Position numbers and translations under genes: made by a program. Below, piece by piece: positions 17,549 through 30,678 of a stretch of DNA of 57,932 bases; the first letter of the stretch is position 1, and the number at the start of each line of letters is the position of its first letter. Source of the stretch: Thermotogota bacterium (GTDB lineage Bacteria; Bipolaricaulota; Bipolaricaulia; UBA7950; UBA9294); assembly GCA_039679545.1 (NCBI GenBank), contig JBDKUT010000008.1, positions 1 through 57,932 on the forward strand, written 5' to 3'. The notes below the pieces were generated by a model. That model had not been told where the DNA came from. It searched no databases and was given only the letters and a program-made list of their open reading frames with translations.

Positions 17549-18718
17549 CTAGAACCGTCGTGCGACTGTCGCGCGGATCCGATTGACGGCCTCGCGTAGG
17601 TTGTCGAGCGAATTCGCATAGGACAGGCGCAGGTGCCCCTCGCCGTGGCGGCCGAACGCTGTGCCGGCCAGGGTTGCGACTCCGGCCTCCTCGAGCAGGA
17701 GGTCGGCGATCTCCTTTGCAGGCCGCCCCAGGGCAGCGACGTTGGGAAAGGCGTAGAACGCCCCTTGCGGCATCCGACAAGAGACGCCCGGAATGTCGTT
17801 TAGGCCCGCGACGAGGGCGTCGCGGCGGCTACGGAACGCCTCGACCATTGCGGTCACCTCGGCTTGGCTCCCGCGTAGCGCTGCGACTCCCGCGACCTGC
17901 GTGAACGACGCGCAGCACGAGTTGGAGTTCGTCATCAGACGTGTAACCCACGGGACGAGAGAGCGGCTCATGACGCCGTAGCCAAGGCGCCATCCTGTCA
18001 TCGCGTACGTCTTGGAGAATCCGTCGAGGAGGACAGTCCGTTCGAGCATTCCCGGCAGCGCAGCGACGCTTCGGTGCTCGCCCTCGTAGAGGATCCGTGA
18101 GTAGATTTCGTCACTCAGCACGTAGGCGTCGGCACGGAGAGCGGCTTCGGCGACGGACTCGATCTCCTCCTCTGTTGCCACGCCACCGCAGGGGTTGCCC
18201 GGTGAGTTCACAACGATCAGCTTCGTACAAGGCGTCACGAGGGCCTGCAGTTCGGCTGGATCGAATCGGAAGTTGCGGCCCTCGCGTAACGGGAGCGGTA
18301 CGGGGACGCCGCCGGCGAACCGGATCATGCTCTCATAGATCGGGAACCCGGGGTCCGGGTAGATGACCTCGTCCCCCTCCTCGACGACGGCGAGCATGGT
18401 GTAGAAGAGGATCGGCTTTCCGCCGGGGACGACGACCGTGTTCTCCGCGGTCACCGGCAGGCCTCGGGTCTGCGCGACGTGCTCGGCGCAGGCCTGCCGG
18501 ATCTCGGCGAGACCGGCCGACGGGGTGTAGTGCGTGCATCCGCCGTCCAAGGCCTCCTTGGCGGCGTCGCGGATGTGGGCGGGCGTGTCGAAGTCGGGCT
18601 CGCCGATCTCAAGGTGGATGACGTTCTTGCCCTCCCGCTCTAGTACGCGCGCCCGGCTCAGAACCTCAAATGCCGTCTCGGTACCCAAACGATTCAATCG
18701 ATTCGCTAGTGGTTTCAC
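17549..18718 (-). CDS. Class I/II PLP aminotransferase (aspartate aminotransferase-like)
   Basis: IGEPDFDTP, NSPGNP, SDEIY, GFSKTYAMTGWRLG. Confidence 0.95.
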   Translation of the reverse strand: MKPLANRLNRLGTETAFEVLSRARVLEREGKNVIHLEIGEPDFDTPAHIRDAAKEALDGGCTHYTPSAGLAEIRQACAEHVAQTRGLPVTAENTVVVPGGKPILFYTMLAVVEEGDEVIYPDPGFPIYESMIRFAGGVPVPLPLREGRNFRFDPAELQALVTPCTKLIVVNSPGNPCGGVATEEEIESVAEAALRADAYVLSDEIYSRILYEGEHRSVAALPGMLERTVLLDGFSKTYAMTGWRLGYGVMSRSLVPWVTRLMTNSNSCCASFTQVAGVAALRGSQAEVTAMVEAFRSRRDALVAGLNDIPGVSCRMPQGAFYAFPNVAALGRPAKEIADLLLEEAGVATLAGTAFGRHGEGHLRLSYANSLDNLREAVNRIRATVARRF

Positions 18719-18875
18719 TGCCCCTCCAGAGACCACCGGTGATTCCTGGAACGAAGAAGCTGCCGATCCAGACGCGGTGCCGAACCCGAAACCGTCCTAT
18801 CGAGACACGACGAGCACGATGCCCGCGGCGTGCTGGAGCCCAGGAAGCGATCCCGCTGCAGCCTCCGGAACCCGC

Positions 18876-21227
18876 CTAGCGCGTCGCCTCAAGATCCGCG
18901 CGGAGCCTCGCCAGCCGCTCATCCCTCTCCCGGGCGAAGCGCTCGATCCCCTCGAAGATCCGGTCGGGCGTCAGGTGCGCCTCGTCGAGCGCCTCATCCA
19001 GCGTGCCCCCCGTCCTCCACCGGTCGTCCCAGTCGGCGGACATGGCGTAGTCCTCGGACACCTTGCTGTAGAGCCAGTCGTGCATGAGCCAGCGGGCCTG
19101 CGTTGTGATAACCGTGGAGTCGAAACGGTCGCCGGCAGAGAGCACTCGATCCTGGTACTCCTTGGGCTGGACGGCGAACAACTGCGGGCTCGTCGCGCAC
19201 ACGATTTTGACGTTCTGGTGTCGACTGAGCTTCGGTAGGAGCTTCACAACGCCTGCGATCGCGCTTGCCCCCTGCACGATGATTGTGCCGCTGCGGGGCA
19301 CGCCGGGTTGGTGCGGTCGCAGCACGTAGGCGCCGCGCGCGGCTTCGAAGTGCGACGGGATGCCGAGCTTGTCACGATCCGGGACCTCGACCGGCGGGCG
19401 CGTTAGGTGCAGAGCGACGATCGGCACGTCGAGCCGCAGCGCGGTTCCGAGGAGGACAGGAACTTCGTTCGCCTCCCAGGGGTGAAGGTTGATGATCTGT
19501 CCGCGCGGGAAGAGCTGGGTCACGCCGGGGGCAAAGATTCCGAAATGCGTACGGCTGTCGTCGGCGGTCTCTGGGCCCGAGTGGCTGGCCACCCAGATGA
19601 CCTTTCCCACCTTGAGCGGGCAGTCCTGGGCCAGCTGGCTGTAGAGCCGGAACATTCCGTACTTCAGATAGGAGAACGCGCCGTACGTCGAGCACGCGCC
19701 CCAAAATCCGTTGAACTCCTCTTCCGGTTCCGAGGAGAGGTTGACCGAGGCGACGCCAGCCACGATCCCCGCGTTGGCGAACTCGGTGATCTCCTGCGGG
19801 AGAAGCACGCCTTCCGGCGTCCCGAAGCGCTCGTACCAGCCGTAGCCGGGGAACGCCCCGAACGGCTTCGCGAAGCCGCTGAGACTCGTGGAGTCGGCCA
19901 GGTCCGCGGAGCAAGCGAGGACAAGAGGCCGTCCGTACTCGGTCGCGCCGAATGCGTTGATCCACGCTCCCCACTTGGCGAGTCCGGAGCGGTTCGGCAC
20001 GGACGATCCGGGCTCGGCGAACAGGTCGGCGGGGTAGTGGCGCACGTCGTACAGGCGCTCGTCGGCAAACGGGCTTCCGCGGCGGCCGAGTCGAAAGGTG
20101 GGCAGCACGTCGGGTACGCTGTCGCCGATCGCCACGAGGGTTTCGGCCAGGTAGTCGACGAGGTCCTGATCTCGATGCAGGACCTCGATGACCACCCGCA
20201 AGTTGGCTTCGAACTCGGCTCGTAGCTTTGCCGCGGAGGTCGGAGCGGCACCCTCGAAGTTGGCGAACCGGACGTCGTACTTCTCCGCGAACGGTCGCTT
20301 CGTCTCCCAGAAGAGCTCGGAGTCCGTCTTGTGGGGCGAGCCGTGCGACGCGTAATCGTACTTGAGGTAGCCGCGTCCCTTCTGGGTCCGCATCCACACG
20401 GCGCTCGGGGTGCGGTTCGGGTTGGGCTCGAGGGTCATGGCGAGGAGAGCCTGAGTCACACAGGCCCAATCGCTTCCTGACTCTGCTGGGAACACCCGCC
20501 AGCCGTGCGACGCGAACCAGTCGCCCGGCGTGCCGTAGACGACGCTGCTCACCGGATGCTCATCGATCCCGTAGTCGTTCCAGTCGAGAACGTAGTAGAG
20601 GTTGTCGAGCGCCAGGCCCCAGGCGGAGTTGAGCGTTTCGTGGTTCGCACCGGGCGTCAGCCCCGCCTCTCCCTCGAACGCGAAGACCCTGACGCCGGGC
20701 GCCCCGGCCCGCTTGAGCGCGAGGGCCTCGCCGGCGGCCGCGGACGCACCGTGCCCCGAGGGCCCCGTGTTGAATTTGAGGAACAGCGACTTCCCCGTCA
20801 TCTCCGCGTGTCCGGACAGGCCGCCGCGGCGGCGGAACGCGAGGAGATCCTCCCAGTAGAGCGCGCGATTCGACGCGTTGGAAATCGCGTACTTCGGGTC
20901 TCCGGTCTCTTCGAACTTCACGCGAAGCGCTTCGTTGAGGACGGCCAGCGTGCAGTAGACGACAGGCACGGTGTGTCCTCCGGCAAGGATGAAGCGGTCG
21001 CCGAAGCGCTTCTCGGGGTGGCGGATATCCCAGCGCATCACCCCGAGAAGCGTGGCGATCAGGGCGTGCACCTTCGACCGCGAGCCTCCGGGGTGACCGC
21101 TCTGGCGGTAGTTCAGAATCAAGTCGAGGAGTTGGTCGACGAGGTCTTTGGTCTTCTCCCAGTGGGCGAAGTGGGAGGTGAGAACCTCCAGCCGTGCGGC
21201 GACTCGTTCATCGGGTGAGCGATTCAT
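18876..21227 (-). CDS. Divergent transketolase-like ThDP enzyme
   Basis: QSGHPGGS, DRFILAGGH, NTGPSGHG, SADLADS, SHSGPETADDSRTH; ThDP motif reads EGEAG. Confidence 0.85.
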   Translation of the reverse strand: MNRSPDERVAARLEVLTSHFAHWEKTKDLVDQLLDLILNYRQSGHPGGSRSKVHALIATLLGVMRWDIRHPEKRFGDRFILAGGHTVPVVYCTLAVLNEALRVKFEETGDPKYAISNASNRALYWEDLLAFRRRGGLSGHAEMTGKSLFLKFNTGPSGHGASAAAGEALALKRAGAPGVRVFAFEGEAGLTPGANHETLNSAWGLALDNLYYVLDWNDYGIDEHPVSSVVYGTPGDWFASHGWRVFPAESGSDWACVTQALLAMTLEPNPNRTPSAVWMRTQKGRGYLKYDYASHGSPHKTDSELFWETKRPFAEKYDVRFANFEGAAPTSAAKLRAEFEANLRVVIEVLHRDQDLVDYLAETLVAIGDSVPDVLPTFRLGRRGSPFADERLYDVRHYPADLFAEPGSSVPNRSGLAKWGAWINAFGATEYGRPLVLACSADLADSTSLSGFAKPFGAFPGYGWYERFGTPEGVLLPQEITEFANAGIVAGVASVNLSSEPEEEFNGFWGACSTYGAFSYLKYGMFRLYSQLAQDCPLKVGKVIWVASHSGPETADDSRTHFGIFAPGVTQLFPRGQIINLHPWEANEVPVLLGTALRLDVPIVALHLTRPPVEVPDRDKLGIPSHFEAARGAYVLRPHQPGVPRSGTIIVQGASAIAGVVKLLPKLSRHQNVKIVCATSPQLFAVQPKEYQDRVLSAGDRFDSTVITTQARWLMHDWLYSKVSEDYAMSADWDDRWRTGGTLDEALDEAHLTPDRIFEGIERFARERDERLARLRADLEATR

Positions 21228-21359
21228 TCCATCCCCCTCAAGTTGGAGAGGGTAGCTTGGCTCTGCGGCGGGCGCCACCGTGGCGGAACTTGCCCTTCGC
21301 AGGAGGATGGCGGACCATGCCGTCCGCGTCGCGGTCAGACCCGCCACGGAAGGAGAAAC

Positions 21360-21899
21360 ATGGACTACCCATTTCTCGTTGGGGAATGCGTGTACCTGAG
21401 GCCGCTCGACGAGGCGGACCTCGACCGCTGCATGCGGTGGATCAATGATCCGGATCTCCTTCCATTCCTCATGCGGCGGACCCCGATGAGCCGGAGCGCC
21501 GAGCGGGAATGGCTCCTCGAGCAAGGGCGGAGCGAAACGTCGTTCTCTCTCGCCATCGTGCTGAAGGACGGCGACCGCCACATCGGGAACGTTGGGCTCC
21601 ACGGGATTCATCCGTTCAACCACAGCGCCGAGTTTGGGATCTTCCTCGGTGAGGCCGACGCGCGGGAGAAAGGGTACGGCACCGAGGCGGCGCGGCTGCT
21701 CCTGGAGCACGGGTTCCGAGAGCTCGGCCTTCACCGGATTCAACTCCATGTCTATGCGTTCAACGCCCGGGCGCGGCGGGCGTATGAGAAGCTGGGCTTC
21801 CACGTGGAAGGGACGAAGCGCGACGCGTACTACCGCGGCGGCCGCTACCACGACGTCATCGTCATGTCGATCCTCGAGTCGGAATGGGGCGTGACATGA
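21360..21899 (+). CDS. GNAT N-acetyltransferase (RimJ/RimL/SpeG-like)
   Basis: AREKGYGTEAA, NARARRAYEKLGF. Confidence 0.92.
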   Translation: MDYPFLVGECVYLRPLDEADLDRCMRWINDPDLLPFLMRRTPMSRSAEREWLLEQGRSETSFSLAIVLKDGDRHIGNVGLHGIHPFNHSAEFGIFLGEADAREKGYGTEAARLLLEHGFRELGLHRIQLHVYAFNARARRAYEKLGFHVEGTKRDAYYRGGRYHDVIVMSILESEWGVT

Positions 21900-22129
21900 A
21901 CCTCAGCCTGTGGAGTGACGAGGATCGATGGTTTGTGCCGCGCACCTTCGGCCTAGGCTACTCGCTCAACCTGAAGTACGTGGTGAAGAGGCTTGGATGG
22001 ATCAAGACGAGCACACCGCCTGAGCTCACGGCTCCGACCCGGGCGGGAGAGGGGCCGGCACACCCGGAAAGCCGGCAGGACCGGCTGCGGAGGCAGGCCG
22101 ACGAATCGAAGTACGAGGTGAGACCATGA
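21896..22129 (+). CDS. Small DUF5808-like protein
   Basis: WFVPRTFGLGYSLNL resembles the DUF5808 VPKRFGIGWTLN core; coupled to both neighbours. Confidence 0.6.
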   Translation: MNLSLWSDEDRWFVPRTFGLGYSLNLKYVVKRLGWIKTSTPPELTAPTRAGEGPAHPESRQDRLRRQADESKYEVRP

Positions 22130-23043
22130 TCCAGACGCAGGGCCTCACGCGTCGATTTGGCCCTCGGGTCGCCGTCGACGGGCTTGACCTCGACGTTCCT
22201 CGCGGGGAGGTCTTCGGGTTCCTCGGCCCGAACGGCGCGGGAAAGACCACGACCATCCGGATGCTTGCCGCGCTGATCGCCCCGACGAGCGGATCGGCGA
22301 CGGTGGCGGGACATCGGTTGGGAGAGGCGAACCGCGAGATCCGCCGCCGTGTGGGTGTGCTGACGGAGACGCCGGGGCTGTACCGCCGCCTCTCGGCTCG
22401 GGACAACCTGCTCTTCTTCGCGCGCCTCTACCCCGTGCAGGAGCCCGAGCGCCAGGTCGAGCGGTACTTGAGGCTGTTCGAGCTGTGGGATCGCAGAGGC
22501 GAGCCTGCGGGCAGCCTCTCCAAGGGGATGAGGCAGAAGCTCGCCATCGCTCGCGCTCTCTTGCATGAGCCGGAGATCCTCTTCCTCGACGAGCCGACGG
22601 CCGGACTCGATCCGGAGGCGGCGAAGACCGTGCGTGACCTGATCGAGACCCTTCGCTCGAAGGATCGGACGATCTTCCTCTGCACGCACAACCTCGACGA
22701 GGCCGATCGGCTCTGCGACCGGATCGGGCTCTTCCGGACGCGGATGCTCGCGGTGGGGGCCCCCGCCGAGCTCAAAGAGGAGATGTACGGTCGGAGGACC
22801 GTGGTTCACCTCGCGAGCCCGAGTCCCGGCATCGAGCAGGCCCTCGACCTCTCGTTCGTCAAGAAGGTCGAGCGGCTCGACGACAGGCTCATCGTCTCGC
22901 TGGCCGACCCCGACAGAGAGAACCCGGCGCTCATCCGGCGGCTGGTCGAGCTTGGCGCGGAGGTGCGGTTCGTGAACGAGCTCCGCGTGTCGCTCGAGGA
23001 CCTCTACTTGGACCTGATGGAGGGGCGCGATGCGAAGGCTTAA
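22126..23043 (+). CDS. ABC-2 transporter ATP-binding subunit
   Basis: [23 protein letters not shown]. Confidence 0.96.
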   Translation: MIQTQGLTRRFGPRVAVDGLDLDVPRGEVFGFLGPNGAGKTTTIRMLAALIAPTSGSATVAGHRLGEANREIRRRVGVLTETPGLYRRLSARDNLLFFARLYPVQEPERQVERYLRLFELWDRRGEPAGSLSKGMRQKLAIARALLHEPEILFLDEPTAGLDPEAAKTVRDLIETLRSKDRTIFLCTHNLDEADRLCDRIGLFRTRMLAVGAPAELKEEMYGRRTVVHLASPSPGIEQALDLSFVKKVERLDDRLIVSLADPDRENPALIRRLVELGAEVRFVNELRVSLEDLYLDLMEGRDAKA

Positions 23044-23746
23044 GGTTCTCCTCTTCAAGGAGTGGCGCGAATCGCTGCGGAACAAGATGGTCGTCTTCGG
23101 CGTCGTCTTGCTTCCGCTCTTCCTCGTCGGGATCTCGGTCTACATGATCGCGCTCGGGGAGGGGATCGGAGACCCGACGGCGTCGATCGTCATGTTCAAC
23201 ACGAGCCTGATGTACTTTCTCCTCCTCCCGACGATCATCCCGCTCGCGATCGCCGTGTACTCGATCGTCGGGGAGAAGGAGCAGACGACCCTCGAGCCGC
23301 TCCTCGCGACACCGATTTCGGACCTTGAGCTCTTCCTCGGCAAGGCCCTCGCGAGCGTGATCCCCGCGATCGTCGTCAACTGGCTGTCGTTCGGACTCTT
23401 CCTCGCGGCGACGCGCATTGTCGTCGGCGCGGTGCCGCTCCAGGCGCTGACGGCGCCTTGGCTCGCCTCGATCTTCGGCCTGTCGCCGCTTCTCGCCCTC
23501 TTCTCGGTCGGTGTGACGATGCTCGTGTCGTCGCGGGCCAGCGACGCGCGCGCGGCATACCAGTTCTCGAGCTTCGCGGTCCTGCCGGGCCTCGTCCCGC
23601 TGATCATCTATTCGAGCAAACAGACCCTCGTCGACCTCCGTCTCGTGGTCGTGGAAGGCGGGGTGCTCGTTGTCCTGTGCGCGGCCATCCTTTACCTGGC
23701 CATCCGCGTCTTCCGCCGGGAGCAGATCCTCACGCGGTGGCGGTAG
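23030..23746 (+). CDS. ABC-2 transporter permease
   Basis: GEKEQTTLEPLLATP...LFLGK; multiple TM segments. Confidence 0.93.
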   Translation: MRRLKVLLFKEWRESLRNKMVVFGVVLLPLFLVGISVYMIALGEGIGDPTASIVMFNTSLMYFLLLPTIIPLAIAVYSIVGEKEQTTLEPLLATPISDLELFLGKALASVIPAIVVNWLSFGLFLAATRIVVGAVPLQALTAPWLASIFGLSPLLALFSVGVTMLVSSRASDARAAYQFSSFAVLPGLVPLIIYSSKQTLVDLRLVVVEGGVLVVLCAAILYLAIRVFRREQILTRWR

Positions 23747-23785
23747 GTCGAGCTGCAAAATACCGGCTCTTCGCATCAGAAGAAA

Positions 23786-23812
23786 CGAGAGCAGGAAAGA
23801 TCCCTGCTCTCG
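23786..23812 (-). terminator. Terminator of the small peptide gene
   Basis: cgagagcagg...cctgctctcg hairpin followed by tttcttc on the minus strand. Confidence 0.65.
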
Positions 23813-23838
23813 CTTCGGCGCTAGCTACGAATGCTCTC

Positions 23839-24021
23839 TTACATCCAGAAGCTCCACCTCGTGGTTCCGCCCCCCAGACAGGACGCCCCTATGCAGACTC
23901 GATCGGCGAGGGAGAAGCCGTCGGCGTCACGGAACCCCCACAGATTCATCGCCAGCGCGGAACCTGCGCCGGCGAAGACGAAGGTGAGGACGAGGAAGAC
24001 CAGCAGTAGCTTCTTCAGCAC
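23839..24021 (-). CDS. Small secreted peptide (signal peptide plus 36-aa mature region with 2 Cys)
   Basis: GGAGGTGA RBS, MLKKLLLVFLVLTFVFAGAGSALA signal peptide, own terminator. Confidence 0.7.
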   Translation of the reverse strand: MLKKLLLVFLVLTFVFAGAGSALAMNLWGFRDADGFSLADRVCIGASCLGGGTTRWSFWM

Positions 24022-24268
24022 GCGAATCACCTCCAGTGCTCCGCAAGGATGGGAAGACTAGCGGGGCGCAATAGCACAGTAGCAGAGCATGTAGGCGGAG
24101 GCACGAGGAGAGAGGAGACAATACGTAAGAGCCCTGTCCGTGCTGGGAAGCCCGCGAGCAGAGAAGACTAGCATGGGGGTGAGGTCGCGCGGGCCGACGG
24201 CACCTCAGGCTATACTCACGTCCTTGGCGTCCTGCGTCGACGGTGACGGGTGATGAGGGAGGGCAAGC

Positions 24269-26020
24269 ATGAACACGAAGCTGCTTCTGATCCTCGGTGC
24301 GGTGTTGGGAGTCCTGCTCTTGGCGCTTGTGGTTCCGCACTCCGCGGGACCGGCGAAGGGTCCGGATGAGAAGGGGATACAGATTGCCGCCGGGCGGTTC
24401 GCGGTGGAACAGGCGGACGTGCGCTTGCTGGATGAGTCGTACACGCTTCTTGCGCGTCCAGAAGGCGGCTACATCCTCCTCTCTCAGGGCGAGATCCACG
24501 CGCCGGGTCAAACGGTCAAGCTGTCGCAGGAGACGGAGTACGGCCGCGATTTCACGCCGTTCTCATACACGCTCACCGCAGAGACGAAGACCGGCAAACA
24601 AACGGTCTCCGCTCGGAACGACCGGACCGGCTTCGTGATGGAAGCGCGCGCGGGGCTCGCCCATCAGTCGAACAACATCAAGGACGCGAAGGCAATCGCT
24701 CTCCTCGACAACAATGTCGTCTCCCATTACGCGGTGCTCCTGTTGGCGCTTCGCGCGGGAGCGCTTGGGAAGGCATTCACGGCAGCAATTCCTCAGCTTC
24801 TCCTCGACCTTCCCGCGAAGGCCGAAGGGCCGGAGAAAGTGGAGTTCCAATCGGGGGACGAGGTCCTTGAGGGCGCGGCGTTTCGGGTTCACATTGGAGA
24901 CACGGCGATCGTTCTTGTCGAGCGCGAGGGTCGCCTCGTCGGTCTCGTGAACGAGACGCAGGGAACCGTGGCGTTTGACGTAGGCGTTCTTCCGAAGGGG
25001 TTCACGATTCTTGAGTCCGGGGAAGCGGGGCAACCGGGGAAGAAGGCGGGGATTGAATCCAAGGTGGCGTTCCCGAGTGGCAACTTGACCCTCGCCGGAA
25101 CGCTGACCGTGCCTGCGGGTGGTCGTGGGCCGTTCCCCGCGGCGCTCCTAATCCACGGTTCGGGTCCAGTCGATCGCGACGAGAACGCGCCGGGACTCAA
25201 GACGGATATCTTCCGCCAGCTTGCGGAAGCGCTCGCCGCCTCAGGGATTGCTTCATTCCGGTTTGACAAGCGGGGAGTCGGCGAGAGCGACGGGAACGCA
25301 GCGTCGGCCTCGCGTGCCGACCTTCTCGACGACGTGCGCGCCGCGCTCGATGCGCTGCGGGCGCAGCCCGAAGTGGATGGCGGGCGCATCGTCCTGATCG
25401 GGCACAGCGAAGGCGCGTACCTTGCGCCGATCGTCGCTGCTGAGGATCCGGCGATCGCGGGCCTGGTTCTTCTGGCCGGTGCGGCGCGATCCCTGGCCGA
25501 GATCACGCGCTGGCAGGTGGAGACGCTCCTGCGGCTGCAAGGCGCGTCCGACGAACAGGTGAGCGCGGCGCTCGCTCAGGAGGACCAGTACCTCGCCTTC
25601 GTGAAGGGCTCCGAGGGGGAGTGGAGCGACTACTCCTACGAGAAGCTCAAGCAGGCGATGCCATGGTTGACCGAGCAAGCCGCGTCGGCGCTCGTGGCCA
25701 CACCCCTCTCGCTCCCCTGGCTTCGCGAGCACTATCGGGACGACCCGCGGGTGTGGCTCCGGCAGGTGTCCGCGCCCGTGCTCGTGATCAACGGCGAGAA
25801 GGACCTTCAGATCCCCTCGTCTGAAGCGAACGGCATCCAGGTCGCTCTGGCCGAGGGAAAGAATCCGGAGGTCACGATCCGTGTCCTTGACGATCTGAAC
25901 CATTTTCTGCGCCATCACCCGGAAGCGCCGAGCCTGACCTATCGTCATCTGGACGAGCCCGTCGACGCCCGAGTGCTCGATGCGGTGACGACGTGGCTGA
26001 AGAGGCTGTTCGTTGACTGA
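24269..26020 (+). CDS. Exported alpha/beta-fold serine hydrolase with N-terminal beta domain
   Basis: Signal peptide, HGSGPVDRD, FDKRGVGES, GHSEG, GEKDLQI, LNH. Confidence 0.9.
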   Translation: MNTKLLLILGAVLGVLLLALVVPHSAGPAKGPDEKGIQIAAGRFAVEQADVRLLDESYTLLARPEGGYILLSQGEIHAPGQTVKLSQETEYGRDFTPFSYTLTAETKTGKQTVSARNDRTGFVMEARAGLAHQSNNIKDAKAIALLDNNVVSHYAVLLLALRAGALGKAFTAAIPQLLLDLPAKAEGPEKVEFQSGDEVLEGAAFRVHIGDTAIVLVEREGRLVGLVNETQGTVAFDVGVLPKGFTILESGEAGQPGKKAGIESKVAFPSGNLTLAGTLTVPAGGRGPFPAALLIHGSGPVDRDENAPGLKTDIFRQLAEALAASGIASFRFDKRGVGESDGNAASASRADLLDDVRAALDALRAQPEVDGGRIVLIGHSEGAYLAPIVAAEDPAIAGLVLLAGAARSLAEITRWQVETLLRLQGASDEQVSAALAQEDQYLAFVKGSEGEWSDYSYEKLKQAMPWLTEQAASALVATPLSLPWLREHYRDDPRVWLRQVSAPVLVINGEKDLQIPSSEANGIQVALAEGKNPEVTIRVLDDLNHFLRHHPEAPSLTYRHLDEPVDARVLDAVTTWLKRLFVD

Positions 26021-26909
26021 GCCGGGACTCGATCGCGCCTCGATTCGTCGATCCCTCGATGAGCTTGGCGTGCGGCCGAGCAAGAGGCTAGGTCAGAACT
26101 TCCTGTCCAGCCCCTCGGTGGCGCGGCGGATCGCGGACGAAGCGACGCGCGGGGCACCGGCCTGCATCGTTGAGATCGGCCCGGGACTTGGATCGATCAC
26201 ACGGTTTCTGGCGGAAACACGGATTCCTGTCGTTGCCGTGGAGATCGATCGGCGCCTGGCCGACTATCTGGCGCAGGAGTTCACGGGACACTCGTCGGTT
26301 GAGATCCGGGCGGACGACGCCCTTGAAGTTGACTTGCAAGCAATCGCCGCGGTACACGGTGAGCGCCTCACGATCGCCGGGAGCATCCCCTACAGCATTA
26401 CCGCGCCGATCCTGAAGCGGATCGTTTCACAGCGCACGGAGGTCCGCTCGGCGATCCTCGTCACACAGCGGGAAGTGGCCGAGAAGATTGCCGCGAGCCC
26501 TGGAAAGGACGGATCGGCCCTCGGGGTCTACGTGCAAGCATATGCGGACGTCGAGGTGCTTCGGCGAATCCCTCGGGGCGCGTTCTTCCCCATTCCCGAT
26601 GTCGATTCCACTCTGTGGTCGCTCCAGTTCGGGCGGCCTCGGCGCTTTGAAGCGTCGGAGGCCGCGTTCTTTTTTGTGGTCCGGGCGCTCTACGGAGCGC
26701 GACGAAAGACGACCCGCAATGCGCTTCGTCGGGTCCTCTCCGCGGAGGACGTAGAGTCCGTGCTCGCCAAGGCGGGCATAGACGGGGCGGTGAGAGGTGA
26801 AACACTCGGATTCCTCGAGCTGGACGCAATTGCCCGTTCTGTCGATGCGGCGAAGTGCTTGCGGGATGGGGCGGCCGTGGAAGAACCAGAAGAGATGTCT
26901 GACCTCTAG
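26013..26909 (+). CDS. rsmA: 16S rRNA dimethyladenosine transferase
   Basis: KRLGQNFL, VEIGPGLG, IPYSIT, QREVAEK, FFPIPDVDS. Confidence 0.95.
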   Translation: MTEPGLDRASIRRSLDELGVRPSKRLGQNFLSSPSVARRIADEATRGAPACIVEIGPGLGSITRFLAETRIPVVAVEIDRRLADYLAQEFTGHSSVEIRADDALEVDLQAIAAVHGERLTIAGSIPYSITAPILKRIVSQRTEVRSAILVTQREVAEKIAASPGKDGSALGVYVQAYADVEVLRRIPRGAFFPIPDVDSTLWSLQFGRPRRFEASEAAFFFVVRALYGARRKTTRNALRRVLSAEDVESVLAKAGIDGAVRGETLGFLELDAIARSVDAAKCLRDGAAVEEPEEMSDL

Positions 26910-27004
26910 AGGGTTCCCGGAACCTCGCAGGGTGCTCGATGTCTCCCTTGAAACCGCGCCGGGAGTGGGGTAATGTCTCGCTCGTCGTGACCCCGACGGG
27001 GTGC

Positions 27005-27033
27005 TTGACACCCCTGCGGGGTCATGTTACGAT
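27005..27033 (+). promoter_or_regulatory. Promoter of the 23S-5S unit
   Basis: TTGACA-17-TACGAT with extended TG. Confidence 0.75.
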
Positions 27034-27089
27034 CGTTCACTCCGCAGCTAGGGCTGCGATGATCCTTGACAAGTGAATAGAGTGTGTGC

Positions 27090-30045
<2,956 letters not shown>

Positions 30046-30095
30046 GGCACACACCCTGTTCACTTGAAAGGGATCAAGAAGTGGACGAGAAGATT

Positions 30096-30212
30096 CCAGG
30101 TGGCACATGGCGGAGGGGAAACACCCGTTCCCATCCCGAACACGGCAGTTAAGCCCTCCTGCGCCGATGGTACTTGCCTCGTAAGGGGCCGGGAGAGTAG
30201 GTCGCCGCCTGG
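30096..30212 (+). rRNA. rrf: 5S rRNA
   Basis: CCCATCCCGAACAC, GCCGATGGTA, GAGAGTAGGTCG; ccagg/cctgg ends pair. Confidence 0.97.
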
Positions 30213-30237
30213 TCTTTCTTTTTCCCGACGTGAGATC

Positions 30238-30262
30238 AGGCCCGAAGGGTTCCGGGCCTTTC
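30238..30262 (+). terminator. rRNA unit terminator
   Basis: aggcccgaagggttccgggcc followed by ttt. Confidence 0.65.
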
Positions 30263-30331
30263 GCTTTGCCAGATCCTCGGATCCCTGGCAGCGGGTCAGG
30301 AGAAGCAGCCTTGCCGCGCGGCTTCTCCCCA

Positions 30332-30678
30332 GCTGCCGAGTCGGAAGTGCGCCAACTCGGCAGCCAGCGTCGGAGCTTGCCTCCGACGTCCTCGACTTGC
30401 CGGGGCCCGACAACCAACGTCGCACGTAGGGTGCGACCAACGTCGCACATAGGGCCCGACCAACGTCGCACACAAGGTGCGACGCTACAGACGGTCTCGG
30501 GTTCGTAGATCGCTACCTCGCGGTCGCCGGGAGTCCGTGTTGTGACCGCCGCGAGAGCGCAAATGGCTGTAGCGTCGGAGCTTGCTCCGACGTCGTTCCG
30601 CTGTGACGTCCGGGACGAAGGTCGCACACAATGGTGCGGTGCGCTCTCGCGTGAAAACCGAGCGCATAGACGCTACAG
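30332..30678. repeat. REP-like palindrome cluster (GTAG-type) with a 3x23-bp tandem repeat
   Basis: agcgtcggagcttgc(c)tccgacgtc x2; accaacgtcgcac-N10 x3 at 30413-30481; ctgtagcgtc/gacgctacag ends. Confidence 0.75.

Noticed and set aside
30413-30481. CRISPR-like repeats
   Set aside because: 23-bp period with related 10-nt variable parts, no unique spacers and no cas genes; better explained as REP-like tandem palindromes
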